This document shows, one piece after another, positions 29,709-40,688 of a stretch of 64,000 nucleotides of DNA. The translations under genes were made by a program, and so were the position numbers. The DNA is from Myxococcota bacterium (GTDB lineage Bacteria > Myxococcota_A > UBA9160 > UBA4427), in contig JAYZFK010000034.1 of assembly GCA_036336835.1 (NCBI GenBank), positions 32,001 through 96,000 on the forward strand, written 5' to 3'. The notes beneath the pieces were generated by a model. The model did not search any database, was not told the DNA's origin, and saw only the letters and a program-made list of their open reading frames with translations. How positions within the stretch are numbered: the first letter of the stretch is position 1; every line of letters begins with the position of its first letter.

Positions 29709-31003
29709 GCCGGCTCCGCTTCGCGATGGTGACGACGTTCTATCCGCCGAACCACTTCGGCGGAGACGCGGTATTCATTCGCCGCCTCAGCCACGCACTC
29801 GCCCGCCGCGGGCACGAGGTCGAGGTGATCCACGACGTGGACGCGTTCGACCTGCTGCACCGCGGCGGAGATCCCGCCGCGGTCGAAGAGCCTCCCGGCG
29901 TCGTGACGCACCCACTGCGCAGCCGGACTCGCTCGCTCGGCGCGCTCTCGTGCCTGCTCACGCATCAGCTCGGACGCCGGGTGCTGCACGGCCAACGCCT
30001 GCGATCCCTGCTCGAGCAGGGCGACTTCGACGTGATCCACTTCCACAACCTGTCGCTGGTCGGCGGTCCGCACGCCCTGCGCTGGGGCGACGCGATCAAG
30101 CTCTACACGGCCCACGAGCACTGGCTGGTGTGTCCGACGCACGTGCTGTGGCGCCACGGCCGCGAGCTATGCGATGCCCGCGAGTGCTTCCGCTGTAGCC
30201 TCCACTACCGCCGGCCGCCTCAGCTCTGGCGCCACACCGGGCTGCTCGAACGCGAGATCGAGCAGCTCGACGCGATCTTGTCACCGAGCGCCTTCAGCGC
30301 GGCGAAGCATCGCGAGTTCGACTTTCCGCGCGAGCTCGAGGTGATGCCCTATTTCCTGCCCGACCTCGACTCGACGGCTGCCGCGCAACCGGATGCGGAG
30401 CGCGAAGCCCCCGCCTGGGAGCGGCCCTACTTCCTGTTCGTGGGGCGGCTCGAGCAGATCAAGGGGCTGCAGGACGTACTGCCGCACTTCGGGGCCCACG
30501 CGCCGGCCGATCTGCTCGTCGTGGGAACCGGCAACTTCGAGAGCGAGCTGCGCAACCAGGCGGCGACCAGCCCGCGCGTGCACTTCCTCGGGCCCCGGAC
30601 CCCGGAGGCGATCCGGCCCCTGTATCGCGACGCGATCGCGACACTCGTTCCCTCGCGCTGCTACGAGACCTTCGGAATCGTGGTGCTCGAGAGCTTCCGC
30701 GAAGGCACGCCCGTGATCGCGCGGCGGCTCGGCCCCCTGCCCGAGATCGTCGAGCCCGCGGGCGGCGGCCTGCTCTTCGAGACCGGCGAGGAGCTGGCTG
30801 CGGCGCTCGCGCACCTTGCGACGGACCGCGCCGCCCGCGACCGGATGGGCGCCGCAGGGCACCAGGCCCTGCGCGAGCGCTGGCTCGAGAGCTGCGTGCT
30901 CGAGCAGTATTTCGGCATCATCGGGCGGATCGCGAGGGAGCGCGGCCGCGAGCGCGTCCTGCAGCGACTCGGGCCGCCCGTCGGCCCAGCGGAGGTCTCA
31001 TGA
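29705..31003 (+). CDS. Glycosyltransferase family 4 with Cys-rich insert
   Basis: FYPP..FGG, FVGRL..IKG and ETFGIVVLE motifs; HWLVCP...C..C..C insert. Confidence 0.9.
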   Translation: MSRLRFAMVTTFYPPNHFGGDAVFIRRLSHALARRGHEVEVIHDVDAFDLLHRGGDPAAVEEPPGVVTHPLRSRTRSLGALSCLLTHQLGRRVLHGQRLRSLLEQGDFDVIHFHNLSLVGGPHALRWGDAIKLYTAHEHWLVCPTHVLWRHGRELCDARECFRCSLHYRRPPQLWRHTGLLEREIEQLDAILSPSAFSAAKHREFDFPRELEVMPYFLPDLDSTAAAQPDAEREAPAWERPYFLFVGRLEQIKGLQDVLPHFGAHAPADLLVVGTGNFESELRNQAATSPRVHFLGPRTPEAIRPLYRDAIATLVPSRCYETFGIVVLESFREGTPVIARRLGPLPEIVEPAGGGLLFETGEELAAALAHLATDRAARDRMGAAGHQALRERWLESCVLEQYFGIIGRIARERGRERVLQRLGPPVGPAEVS

Positions 31004-31971
31004 TCGCGCTCGTCACCGGCGGGGCCGGCTTCATCGGCTCCCACCTGACCGACCGCCTGCTCGACGAAGGCCACGAGGTCTGGGCACTCGACGACCTCTC
31101 GACCGGTGCAATGAGCAATATCGACCACTTGTCCGGGAACTCTCGATTTCACTTTCAACTTGGATCGGTCGCGGACCAGGCGATCGTGGGCGAGCTGACG
31201 GATCGAGCCGACGTCGTGTTCCACCTGGCGGCCGCAGTCGGCGTGAAGCTCATCGTCAGCAATCCCGTCCGCACGATCGAGACCAACGTGCACGGTACCG
31301 AGGTCGTGCTGAAGGCGGCCGCCAAGAAGGCCAAGCTCGTCGTGCTGGCGTCGAGCTCCGAGGTGTACGGCAAGAGCACGCAGATCCCGTTCTCCGAAGG
31401 GGGAGACCTGCTGCTCGGTCCGACCACGCACAGCCGCTGGGGCTACGCCTGCTCGAAAGCGATGGACGAGTACCTCGCCCTGGCCTACCGCCGCGAGTTC
31501 GATCTGCCCGTCATCATCACGCGCCTGTTCAACACGGTGGGCCCCCGCCAGACCGGACGCTACGGAATGGTGCTGCCGACCTTCGTGCAACAGGGACTGA
31601 GCTCGGAGGACATCACCGTCTACGGGTCCGGGGACCAGCGGCGCTGCTTCGGCGACGTCTACGCGGTCGTCGAATCGCTGGTGCGGCTGGTCGGCTTCGC
31701 GGAAGCCCGCGGCGAGGTGTTCAACGTCGGCTGCGACCGCGAGCTGAGCATCCGCGAGCTGGCCGAGCTCGTCCGATCGATGACTGGCGGCTCGTCCCGG
31801 ATCGTCACCGTCCCCTACGACGAGGCCTACGAGGAAGGCTTCGAGGACCTCGGACGGCGCGTGCCCGATGTCTCGAAGCTGCACGCCGCGATCGGCTTTC
31901 ACCCGGACACGCCGATCGAGCGGATCGTCCAGAACGTGATCGACTTCGCGCGCCGCAGCGGTGAGGCTTGA
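31000..31971 (+). CDS. NAD-dependent nucleotide-sugar epimerase/dehydratase (extended SDR)
   Basis: TGGAGFIG, ASSSEVYG, YACSK and RLFNTVGPRQ motifs. Confidence 0.93.
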   Translation: MIALVTGGAGFIGSHLTDRLLDEGHEVWALDDLSTGAMSNIDHLSGNSRFHFQLGSVADQAIVGELTDRADVVFHLAAAVGVKLIVSNPVRTIETNVHGTEVVLKAAAKKAKLVVLASSSEVYGKSTQIPFSEGGDLLLGPTTHSRWGYACSKAMDEYLALAYRREFDLPVIITRLFNTVGPRQTGRYGMVLPTFVQQGLSSEDITVYGSGDQRRCFGDVYAVVESLVRLVGFAEARGEVFNVGCDRELSIRELAELVRSMTGGSSRIVTVPYDEAYEEGFEDLGRRVPDVSKLHAAIGFHPDTPIERIVQNVIDFARRSGEA

Positions 31972-32767
31972 ACGCGCCGTGTGGGTGCTCACCTATCACT
32001 CGATCTCGCAGGGCCCGCGGCCACTGTGCATCGCTCGCGACCGCTTCGCAGCCCAGCTCGACGGGCTGCTCGACGCGGGCTGGCAGCCGGTGCCGGTGGG
32101 CGAGATCTTCTCCCGGGCCGCTCCCGACCGCCCCGCCCGCCCGCGCTTTGCCGTGAGCTTCGACGACGGCTACCGGGACTTTGCGCACACTGCGTTTCCC
32201 GTGCTCGAGCAGCGGGGCATTCCGGCGACCCTGTTCGTGCCCGCGGCCGTCGAGCGCACGCAGCTCCCGGGCGGGCTCGAGGGCCGCGCGCTGCTCGATC
32301 CGAGCGAGCTGCGAGATCTGGCCGCGCGAGGGGTCGAGATCGGAGCGCACGGGATCGACCACCAGGATCTCACTCGCCTCGACGACGGAGCGCTCGCCCG
32401 CGAGCTCCGTGTGGGCCGCGAACGACTCTGCGAGTGGATCGGCCGCCCGGTGCGCTATCTCGCTTATCCGTTCGGGGCCTTCGACGCTCGCGTCCTCGCG
32501 ACCGCCGGCAGCGCCTATGCGGGCGCCTTCACGACGCAGCTCGGCGCGGTGCCGCCCGTACCTCACCCCCACGCCGTCCCGCGTATCGACGCCTACTACC
32601 TCGACGATCCGAGGCTGGTGCGCGCGGCTCGGCGCGGGAACGCCGCTCGATACCTGATGGCCCGCCGCTGGCTCCGACGACTTCGCGGCAGCGAGCCGCG
32701 CCGCCCGATCCCGACAGCACCGGCCGCGCATCGGCGGGCTGTCGGCAGAGCGCCCGCATGGCGCTGA
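31961..32767 (+). CDS. Polysaccharide deacetylase family protein
   Basis: LTYH, SFDDGY, GAHGxxH and AYPFG motifs. Confidence 0.9.
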   Translation: MRLERAVWVLTYHSISQGPRPLCIARDRFAAQLDGLLDAGWQPVPVGEIFSRAAPDRPARPRFAVSFDDGYRDFAHTAFPVLEQRGIPATLFVPAAVERTQLPGGLEGRALLDPSELRDLAARGVEIGAHGIDHQDLTRLDDGALARELRVGRERLCEWIGRPVRYLAYPFGAFDARVLATAGSAYAGAFTTQLGAVPPVPHPHAVPRIDAYYLDDPRLVRAARRGNAARYLMARRWLRRLRGSEPRRPIPTAPAAHRRAVGRAPAWR

Positions 32768-33918
32768 ATCTGGCACAGCGCGCCGCGCGCCACGCGCGCT
32801 TGTCGGCCCGCGCAGCCGGCCTGACCGATGTCGGCACGCCGCCGTTCCTGATCTTCTTCATCAACTCGATCTGCAACTTGAAGTGCGAGCACTGCTTCGT
32901 CTGGGACCGGCTCAATCAACGCGACGATCTGAGCTTCGACGAGATCGTGGCGCTGTCCGAAGACCTGGGACCGGTCGAGAACCTCAACCTCTCCGGCGGC
33001 GAGCCCTTCATGCGCGAGGACTTTGCGCAGGTGTGCGAGCAGTTCATCACGTGCAACGGCGTCAAGCAGATCTACGTGCCGACCAACGGCTACTACACCG
33101 AGAGCACGGTCGCGGCCGTCGAGGCAGTGCTCGCAAACCCGACGCTCGACCTGTTGGTGCTCGAGTTCTCGCTCGACGGCATGCCCGAGTTCCACGACCG
33201 ATTCCGCGGGAATCCCCGCTCGTTCGCGAAGGCGATGGAGACGATCGACGCCGTCTCGACGCTGCAACGGCGCGACCCCCGCCTGCGCATCCATTCGATC
33301 GCCACCGCGACCGCGGACAATCTGGAGGAAATCCGCCAGCTCACGACATACCTGTTCGAACGACACCCGGCCATGGACCACCAGAACATCGCCATCATCC
33401 GGGGGGACCGGAAGAACCCCTCGCTCCAGGGCCCCGCGCTCGACGCATACCTGGATCTCGACCGCTATGCGAAGCGGCTGTGGGCCGGTCGAGAGCAGGC
33501 TCGCTTCGGCGCGGTCGTCGACCCGATGCTCACCTGGGCCAAGGTGCGCACCGCGCGGGAGCGACGCCAGGTGATTCCGTGCAAGGCGGGCATCCTGTCG
33601 GCCGTCGTCTACGCCAATGGCGACGTGGGCGTGTGCGAGACGCTGGCCAGCCACCCGGTCCTCGGCAACCTGCGCGAGCGCAGCTTCCGCGAGATCTGGT
33701 ACTCGCCCGAGGCGGTGGAGGCACGCCGCAAGATCGCGTGCAAGGAGTGCCACTGCACGAACGAGGTCTTCCTGTGGCCGAGTGTCGTCTTCCAGCCGTT
33801 CCAGCTGGCGCGTGCGCTGGCGGGAGCCCGCACCTGGCAGACCCTGGAGCCGCTGCGAGAAGACGAGCGCGCCGCCGTCGCGATCGGCGAGGATGGACTG
33901 CCCGAGCCGCCCACGTGA
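32758..33918 (+). CDS. Radical SAM protein with SPASM/twitch-like C-terminus
   Basis: CNLKCEHC and SGGEP; C-terminal CKAG...GDVGVC...GNL...CKECHC. Confidence 0.9.
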   Translation: MALNLAQRAARHARLSARAAGLTDVGTPPFLIFFINSICNLKCEHCFVWDRLNQRDDLSFDEIVALSEDLGPVENLNLSGGEPFMREDFAQVCEQFITCNGVKQIYVPTNGYYTESTVAAVEAVLANPTLDLLVLEFSLDGMPEFHDRFRGNPRSFAKAMETIDAVSTLQRRDPRLRIHSIATATADNLEEIRQLTTYLFERHPAMDHQNIAIIRGDRKNPSLQGPALDAYLDLDRYAKRLWAGREQARFGAVVDPMLTWAKVRTARERRQVIPCKAGILSAVVYANGDVGVCETLASHPVLGNLRERSFREIWYSPEAVEARRKIACKECHCTNEVFLWPSVVFQPFQLARALAGARTWQTLEPLREDERAAVAIGEDGLPEPPT

Positions 33919-35354
33919 GCCCTTCCTTCCGCGTCGAACGGATCGTCCGCAGCTACGCCTGGATCGCCGGCGCCGAGATCCTCTCCAAGGGGATGGGCTT
34001 CGTCGCCTTCGCGGTGCTCGCGCGCGTCCTCGCCCCGCCGGCCTACGGCGTGCTGGAACTCGCAGTCGCCGTGTCGATGGTCGCTTTGCTGTTCGTCGAT
34101 TTCGGACTGGGCCCGACTGCTGCGCGCACGATGACGACCGATCCCGAACGCGCAGACTCGATGACTGGAAGCGTCCCAGCGATTCGTCTCGGCCTCGCAC
34201 TAGTGTCCCTGCTGCTCGCGATCGGACTCGGACCCCTGCTCGCAACGACGCCGGATGGGCGCACGCTGATCGTGCTCTACACGGCGGCTCTGCTGTTTGC
34301 GCCCTGGATCCTGGACTGGGTGTTCCAGGGCCTCGATCGCACGGCCTGGGTGGCGCCAGCACAGCTGCTGCGAATGAGCGTGTTCCTCGCTGGCGTCGTG
34401 CTCTGGATCGACGGTCCGCAACAGCTGGTGCGCGTCGGCGCAATCGAGATCGCGAGCTTCGCGACACTCGCTATCTACTATGTGCTGGCCTCGCGATCCC
34501 ATGGACAGCGGCCGGCGCTGCGGCCCGACGCCGCGAGCGTCCGCGAGCTGATACGAGAATCGGCGCCGGTCGGCGCGGGCCAGCTGCTGTGGGTGCTCAA
34601 TCAGTACCTCCCGACCTTCGTCGTCGCCGGCTGGCTCGCCGGCCCGGAGCTCGCCTATTACGGGGCCGCGCACCGGATCGTGTTCGGGCTGGGCAGCTTC
34701 GTCTTCCTCTACTTCTTCACGCTCTACCCCGCGCTGGTCCGCGCGACCCACGAACGACGCGACGAGTTCGTTCCGCTGGTCACGCTGTCGATGCGCGCGA
34801 CGGCGTGGCTCGGCGGACTGGGCGCGATCGCGGGGACGCTGCTGGCCGCGCCGGTCAGCGCACTCGCGTTCGGCGCCGAGTTCGGGCCTACCGGCCCGCT
34901 GCTGGCGGTACTGGTCTGGGCACTGCCGATCCACCTGATCTCCGGGCACGCGCGTTTCGCGCTGATCGCCGCCGGAGAGGCCCGAGCCCAGATGCAGGCG
35001 CAGGCCTTCGGCGTCGCCGTCACCGCCGTCGGATGTGCAACGCTGGTCCCCCGGCTCGGTGCACTGGGCGCTGCCATCGCATTGCTCGCCGCCGCAACGG
35101 GGGTCTGGGCCTGGGCCCACATCGCGACCCGCCGCCGGGTGGGACCGCTCCCCGGGCTCGCGCCCCTCGGGCGACCCGCCGCCGCCGTCGCCGTCAGCCT
35201 GCTCGCCGCGACCAGCCTGCCAACCGAGTCGACCTGGCTGCGCGCAGCCGTCGGCACCGGATCGTTCGCGGCGGTCGGGCTGTGGAGCGAACGGCACGCG
35301 CTCACGGCGCTCGCGGCGTTGCTTCGCGGTGAGCCGCGCGAGCAGGCGCCGTGA
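33915..35354 (+). CDS. Wzx-like oligosaccharide flippase
   Basis: [15 protein letters not shown] and WVFQG; about 12-14 TM helices. Confidence 0.85.
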   Translation: MSPSFRVERIVRSYAWIAGAEILSKGMGFVAFAVLARVLAPPAYGVLELAVAVSMVALLFVDFGLGPTAARTMTTDPERADSMTGSVPAIRLGLALVSLLLAIGLGPLLATTPDGRTLIVLYTAALLFAPWILDWVFQGLDRTAWVAPAQLLRMSVFLAGVVLWIDGPQQLVRVGAIEIASFATLAIYYVLASRSHGQRPALRPDAASVRELIRESAPVGAGQLLWVLNQYLPTFVVAGWLAGPELAYYGAAHRIVFGLGSFVFLYFFTLYPALVRATHERRDEFVPLVTLSMRATAWLGGLGAIAGTLLAAPVSALAFGAEFGPTGPLLAVLVWALPIHLISGHARFALIAAGEARAQMQAQAFGVAVTAVGCATLVPRLGALGAAIALLAAATGVWAWAHIATRRRVGPLPGLAPLGRPAAAVAVSLLAATSLPTESTWLRAAVGTGSFAAVGLWSERHALTALAALLRGEPREQAP

Positions 35355-36865
35355 GATCGCGCGCACCGCGCCTCGGAACGGGCGCGCGCCTGCTGCTGAC
35401 GGGGTGGGTCGTCTACACCCTGCACTTCGCGACCGATATCGCGCGCGAGCACTATCCCGCGTTCTCGCTCGCTGAACGCGCGACGTTGCGCGTCGACCCG
35501 TACCTCGGACTTCACCCCGACCTGTTCGCGGTCCCCGGACGCGGCGCTTTCATCAACAACAACCCGGGGGCCTCGCTGCTCGGTGCGCTGCCCTACGCGG
35601 TAGCGCGGCCACTGGTCGATGTAGTGGCGGCACGAGCCATTGCAGACCGCTCCGACGGACCGCCGCCCGAATTCGCCGACCCGAGGCCGGATCGGCGCGA
35701 GTTCTTCGCCAGAGCCTACGCCCGGGGCCTCGACATCCGATTCGGACTCGCGGCCGGCGTGATCCAGGCCTTCGGCACCGCGCCGCTGTCCGCGGCGATG
35801 CTCCTCGTCATGTACGCAGTGCTGTGCCGCTTCGGCTTCAGCGCGCGCGAGTCCATGTGGCTGGCTCTGATATACGGCTTCGCCACGCCGATCTTCTTTC
35901 GCGCGGCCTTCCTGAACCACAACCTGTTCGTGGCGCACGCGACGCTCGGCGGATTCGCCCTGTTGCAGCGTGCCGATGGCATCGCGCGCGACCCGCGTCG
36001 TCTTGCCGCGGCCGGCGCGGTGACCGGCACCGGCCTGCTGTGCGACTACGCCGGCGCCGTACCGCTCGTCGCGCTGGGCATCTATGCGCTCGCCCGGCTG
36101 TGGAAGGCGCTGCCGGCTGGCCAGGCGATCTCGCGCTTCGGGGCAATGGTCGCCGGCGCGTGCGTCCCCGTCGGTGCTCTGCTCGCCTATCAAGCCTGGG
36201 CCTTCGGTCACCCGCTGCTCCCGGCGCAGCACTACATGCCGGCTACGCAGTACTCGGGTCAGGGCTGGAACGGGTTCGCCTGGCCCGCGCTGGACCTGCT
36301 GGCGCAGAACCTGCTCGACCCTCGCTTCGGGCTGCTCGCCTTCGGCCCGCTGCTCGGACTCGCCTTTGCGCAGCCGCTGCTCGGGAACCGCGACCGCTCG
36401 CGAATCCGCCCGCCCGAGCGCGCACTCGCGCTCGGGCTGTTCTTCGCGCTGCTCGTGTTCGCGAGCGCGAATCAGTACGCCCGGCTGCAGTGGAACACGG
36501 GTTTCCGCATGCTGGCGCCGGCCGTACCGCTGCTCTTTGTGCTGTGTGCAGACGTGCTCACGCAGCTGCCGCGCCGGATCGCGATCGCCCTGGTCGGCCT
36601 TGCAGCCGCGCATTCGTGGTGTCTGGCGATGGTGCGCGCCGACGCGATCGCATCGATCGCGACCGTGCTGACGAGCGGACCGCGACTGCCCTGGCTCACC
36701 TCGGTCTGGCGCGCGGGCGGCAGCTACCTGCCGCTCGCGCCCGGACAGCTGTCCCCGAGCCTGCTCGCCGCACCCTTCCTCGCGCTCGGGGCCGCGCTGC
36801 TGGTCTGGATCTGGACTCGCGGATGGCCCGAGGGGCAACGACGAATCGAACGGGCGCAGGGATGA
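35351..36865 (+). CDS. Polytopic membrane protein, probable GT-C glycosyltransferase
   Basis: Acidic loop after TM1 (TDIAREHY); many TM helices; WNTGFR near the C-terminus; located in the glycan cluster. Confidence 0.6.
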   Translation: MRSRAPRLGTGARLLLTGWVVYTLHFATDIAREHYPAFSLAERATLRVDPYLGLHPDLFAVPGRGAFINNNPGASLLGALPYAVARPLVDVVAARAIADRSDGPPPEFADPRPDRREFFARAYARGLDIRFGLAAGVIQAFGTAPLSAAMLLVMYAVLCRFGFSARESMWLALIYGFATPIFFRAAFLNHNLFVAHATLGGFALLQRADGIARDPRRLAAAGAVTGTGLLCDYAGAVPLVALGIYALARLWKALPAGQAISRFGAMVAGACVPVGALLAYQAWAFGHPLLPAQHYMPATQYSGQGWNGFAWPALDLLAQNLLDPRFGLLAFGPLLGLAFAQPLLGNRDRSRIRPPERALALGLFFALLVFASANQYARLQWNTGFRMLAPAVPLLFVLCADVLTQLPRRIAIALVGLAAAHSWCLAMVRADAIASIATVLTSGPRLPWLTSVWRAGGSYLPLAPGQLSPSLLAAPFLALGAALLVWIWTRGWPEGQRRIERAQG

Positions 36866-36932
36866 GCTGCGATCTAGCGCCGCAGCGGGCAACACGATGA
36901 ACCATAATGCGGGCCGAGACCACGGGAGAGCC

Positions 36933-37820
36933 ATGCCGAGTGGAGCCGCGACCCGGGAAGGCGTCTGTATCGTCGTCCCGGCCTACGATGAAGAAGAGGC
37001 GATCGAGGCCTGCCTGCGCGAGCTGCGCGCAGTGATGGGTGAGCTCGATCGCGAGTCCGAGCTGATCGTCATCAACGATGGCTCGACCGACCGCACGGCG
37101 GAACTCGCGCGAGCGGCCGGGGTGCGGGTGATCGATCTGCCCGAGAACCGCGGCTACGGCGCCGCGCTCAAGACGGGGATCGAAGCCGCCCGGTTCGAGA
37201 CCATCGTCATCACCGACGCCGACGGCACCTATCCGGCCAAGGAGATCCCGGCCCTGCTCGAACGGGCCGAGCAGTACGACATGGTGGTCGGAGCGCGAAC
37301 GGGCGCGAACGTGGCGATTCCGTTCGCGCGGCGGCCGGCCAAGTGGTTCCTGACGAAGCTCGCGAGCTACCTCGCCGGCAGGCCGATTCCCGACCTCAAC
37401 TCGGGGATGCGCGTACTGAAGCGCCGGCACGTACAGCGTTTCGAGCACGTGCTGCCCTCCGGCTTCTCGTTCACCGCGTCGATCACGCTCGCGTCACTGT
37501 GCAGCGACCTGCTCGTCGCCTATCACCCGATCGACTACCTGGAGCGCACCGGGCAGAGCAAGATCCGGGCGGCGCATGCGCTCGAGTTCACGATCCTGGT
37601 CCTGCGTACGATCGTCTACTTCAACCCGCTGAAGGTCTTCCTTCCGCTCGGGGCCGTGTTCTTCGCCGGCGGCACGGCAAAGTTCATCTACGACCTGTTC
37701 ATCGGGAATCTGTCGGAGACCGCCGTGCTCGGCTTCCTCGGCGGGACGCTGCTCTGGGCGGTCGGCCTGCTATCGGACCAGATCGCGCGCGCCGGCCTCG
37801 GTGGGGGACGCCGGAGTTGA
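36933..37820 (+). CDS. GT2, polyprenol-phosphate glycosyltransferase (DPM synthase-like)
   Basis: VPAYDEE, NDGSTD, NRGYG, DADGTY and DLNSG motifs; two C-terminal TM helices. Confidence 0.9.
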   Translation: MPSGAATREGVCIVVPAYDEEEAIEACLRELRAVMGELDRESELIVINDGSTDRTAELARAAGVRVIDLPENRGYGAALKTGIEAARFETIVITDADGTYPAKEIPALLERAEQYDMVVGARTGANVAIPFARRPAKWFLTKLASYLAGRPIPDLNSGMRVLKRRHVQRFEHVLPSGFSFTASITLASLCSDLLVAYHPIDYLERTGQSKIRAAHALEFTILVLRTIVYFNPLKVFLPLGAVFFAGGTAKFIYDLFIGNLSETAVLGFLGGTLLWAVGLLSDQIARAGLGGGRRS

Positions 37821-38812
37821 CCCCGGCCTCCCCGCTTCGCCAGGCGCTCGCCCGGCCGAAGCCCTGGCGAGCGTTCGCACTGCGCAGCGCCATGACCCTC
37901 GGCGCGCTCGCGGTCGTGGTCGCGATTGCGTCGCCGAGCGCCCTGCTCGACGCGCTCGGACGCGCCCCCCTCACCGTGTGGCTCGCCACCGCGGGCGGCC
38001 TGGCAGCAGGACACGCCGTCGCAGCGATGAAATGGCGGCAGCTGCTGGGCGCCGTGGGCGCGCACTGCACACCGCTGCAGGCGCTGCGAGCGCATGGCGC
38101 CGGATTGTTCGCGAACCTGCTGCTGCCCTCGCTCGTCGGGGGCGACATCGTCCGCGCCGCCGCGCTCACGCGCGGCGGTCACGCAGCCGCCGTGGCGACT
38201 GGCAGCATCGCCGACCGTCTGATCGATACGCTGGCCCTCGCGCTGCTGGCAGCGCTGGGCGCGATCGTCATCCAGCCGGTTCGGACCTGGCACTGGCTGG
38301 CGATCGCAGGGGTCGCGGCGAGCGTCCTGGTGGGACCGGCGATCGCCTTGCGTCTGCTGCGCGGTGCACCCCTCGCTCGGCTGCCACCGCGACTGGCCGA
38401 GCTGGCGATACGCCTGCGCGACGCGGCGCTGCGACTGGCCGAAGCACCCGGCACCGCGGCCGCGGCGCTCGGCCTCTCGCTCGCCGTCCAGCTCGCGTTC
38501 GTGTGGCTGAACGCGCGGCTGGGCAGCGCGCTCGGCATTCAGGCTTCGTTCGGCGTGTGGCTGCTGTGCTGGCCGCTCGCAAAACTCGTCGCGCTGCTCC
38601 CGATCAGCCTGGGCGGTCTGGGCGTGCGCGAGGCAGCGCTGGCTGGGCTGCTCGGCGGCTTCGGCGTCCCGGCGGCGCTGGCCGTCGGACAATCGCTGCT
38701 CTGGCAGGTGGCGCTGATCGCGGTCGGAAGTCTCGCGGGTGCGCTCGCGCTCGTCACCGCCACGGGCGATCGTACTGCCGCCTCGCCTGGCAACGGAGAC
38801 ACGACGCATTGA
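37817..38812 (+). CDS. Lysylphosphatidylglycerol-synthase-TM/AglD-like putative flippase
   Basis: KW..LL, LP..VGGD..R, DR and PISLGGLGVRE motifs. Confidence 0.85.
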   Translation: MTPASPLRQALARPKPWRAFALRSAMTLGALAVVVAIASPSALLDALGRAPLTVWLATAGGLAAGHAVAAMKWRQLLGAVGAHCTPLQALRAHGAGLFANLLLPSLVGGDIVRAAALTRGGHAAAVATGSIADRLIDTLALALLAALGAIVIQPVRTWHWLAIAGVAASVLVGPAIALRLLRGAPLARLPPRLAELAIRLRDAALRLAEAPGTAAAALGLSLAVQLAFVWLNARLGSALGIQASFGVWLLCWPLAKLVALLPISLGGLGVREAALAGLLGGFGVPAALAVGQSLLWQVALIAVGSLAGALALVTATGDRTAASPGNGDTTH

Positions 38813-40212
38813 GTCGACGGGTCGCCATCCTCGGGGCGGGCCCCGCCGGACTCGCAGCAGCGCTGGGACTCGCGCGGCGCGGTTTCTCGGTCGATCTGGT
38901 CGAGAGTGGGACCCGTGTCGGCGGCAACGCGGGAAGCTTCGAGCTCGCAGGGCTGCGCGTCGACTATGGCAGCCATCGACTGCACCCCGCCACCGACCCG
39001 GCGATCTTCGCCGAGATCCGCGAGCTGCTCGGAGACGATCTACTCGAGCGACCGCGGCACGGCCGCATCCATCTGCTCGGCCGTTTCCTCCACTTCCCGC
39101 TGCGACCGCTCGATCTGTTGCTACGCACGCCGCCCCGCTTCGCGTTCGGCGTAGCGAGCGACCTCGCGCGCAAGTGGGCGGCGCCCGCGGCCACGACGAG
39201 CGAGACTTTCGCGGGCGTGCTCGAACGCGGGCTCGGGCGAACCATCTGCCGCGACTTCTACTTCCCCTATGCCCGCAAGATCTGGGGACTCGAGCCCGAC
39301 CAGATCTCGGCGACCCAGGCCCACAAACGCGTCGCCGCCGGCTCGATCGCAAAGCTCTTGCGGCGCCTGCTGCCGGGAGCCGGTCCAGGCGCCGCGACCG
39401 CAAAGGGCACCTTCTTCTATCCACGGGCGGGCTACGGACAGATCTCCGAAGCCTACGAGCGCGCCGCGCGCGAGGCCGGCGCGCGACTCCAGCTCGACAG
39501 CCGCGCGGTCCGCGTGGAGCGGCGAGCTGCTGGTGACTTTCGGATCGAGACCTCGTCCGCTTCGCTCGAGGCCGACCGGGTCTGGTCGACGATCCCGAAT
39601 GCCGTGCTCGTGCGCATCCTCGATCCCGCCGCGCCCGCCGAAGTCATCGCCGCTGCGAACGCGCTCGAGCTGCGGGCGATGCTGCTGGTCTATCTCGTGC
39701 TCGAGACCAGTCGCTTCAGTCAGTACGACGCCCACTACTTCCCGGCAGCCGAACTCCCGTTCACACGGGTGTCCGAGCCCAAGAACTACGCCGCGGCAAA
39801 CCAGCCGAGCGGGCGAACCGTGCTGTGCGCCGAGATTCCTTGCGCAACCACCGATCCCGTCTGGACACTCGACGACGCTGCGCTCGGCGAGCTGGTGAGC
39901 GAGGGCCTGGCGAGGGCAGGCCTGCCTGTCCGAGCGCCGATCGCAGAGGTCGCGACCCGCCGTCTGCCCGCCGCCTATCCGGTCTATCGCAGCGGGTACG
40001 AACGGGCGCTCGGCGCGGTCGACGACCACATCACATCGCGCGAAGGCATTTTGAGCTTCGGGCGCCAGGGCCTGTTCGCGCACGACAACACCCACCACGC
40101 CCTGGCGATGGCGCGGGCCGCGGTCGAATGCCTGCGAGACGACGGGAGCTTCGACGCGAGCCGCTGGCGCGAGCACCGCGCCGTCTTCGAGACACACGTG
40201 GTCGAGGACTGA
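38809..40212 (+). CDS. FAD-dependent oxidoreductase (UDP-galactopyranose mutase/protoporphyrinogen oxidase-like)
   Basis: GAGPAG, DYGSHR, KIWG, AYPVY and GRQGLFAHDNTHH motifs. Confidence 0.85.
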   Translation: MSRRVAILGAGPAGLAAALGLARRGFSVDLVESGTRVGGNAGSFELAGLRVDYGSHRLHPATDPAIFAEIRELLGDDLLERPRHGRIHLLGRFLHFPLRPLDLLLRTPPRFAFGVASDLARKWAAPAATTSETFAGVLERGLGRTICRDFYFPYARKIWGLEPDQISATQAHKRVAAGSIAKLLRRLLPGAGPGAATAKGTFFYPRAGYGQISEAYERAAREAGARLQLDSRAVRVERRAAGDFRIETSSASLEADRVWSTIPNAVLVRILDPAAPAEVIAAANALELRAMLLVYLVLETSRFSQYDAHYFPAAELPFTRVSEPKNYAAANQPSGRTVLCAEIPCATTDPVWTLDDAALGELVSEGLARAGLPVRAPIAEVATRRLPAAYPVYRSGYERALGAVDDHITSREGILSFGRQGLFAHDNTHHALAMARAAVECLRDDGSFDASRWREHRAVFETHVVED

Positions 40213-40301
40213 CTCCTCACGAAGCTCGGGGCACCGCGCTAGACTGCGCCGCCCTCACTGCCCGGCGTGCGGCCCTGCACTCGCGCCACGGAGGACACCC
40301 G

Positions 40302-40601
40302 ATGCCCGCCTACCTGATCGTCAACTACACGGTCGACGACCCCGAGCTGTACAACGAGTATTCCGCGGCCGCCGGCCCCGCGATGAAGATCGGCGAGGCC
40401 TGTGAGTTGCTCGCCTTCGATCCCGCGAGCGACCGGCTCGAGGGCGATACGGTGGGGCATCAGACGATCGTCTTGCAGTTCGAATCGAAGGAGCAGGCCA
40501 GGCAGGTCTACGAATCGGGTGCGTATCAGGCCGTGGTCGGCAAGCGTCTCGAGGCCACGTCGAACCATTTCGCGGTCCTGGCCAACGGCATCCCCGGCTA
40601 G
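40302..40601 (+). CDS. DUF1330-like small protein
   Basis: MPAYLIV...LEGD...VLQFES.E.A..Y.S..YQ pattern; GGAGG RBS. Confidence 0.8.
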   Translation: MPAYLIVNYTVDDPELYNEYSAAAGPAMKIGEACELLAFDPASDRLEGDTVGHQTIVLQFESKEQARQVYESGAYQAVVGKRLEATSNHFAVLANGIPG

Positions 40602-40656
40602 CAGACTGCCCCTGGACTCCGCGCGCCTCGCGGCCCGAGCTTCTCGAGGGAGTCTC

Positions 40657-40688
40657 GAGTCGGGCTCCCGACTCTCGGGAACGAGAGT
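40657..40688. terminator. Hairpins between convergent genes (possible terminator)
   Basis: GAGTCGG-GCTC-CCGACTC and ACTCTCG-GGAA-CGAGAGT; no clear U-tract. Confidence 0.35.
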
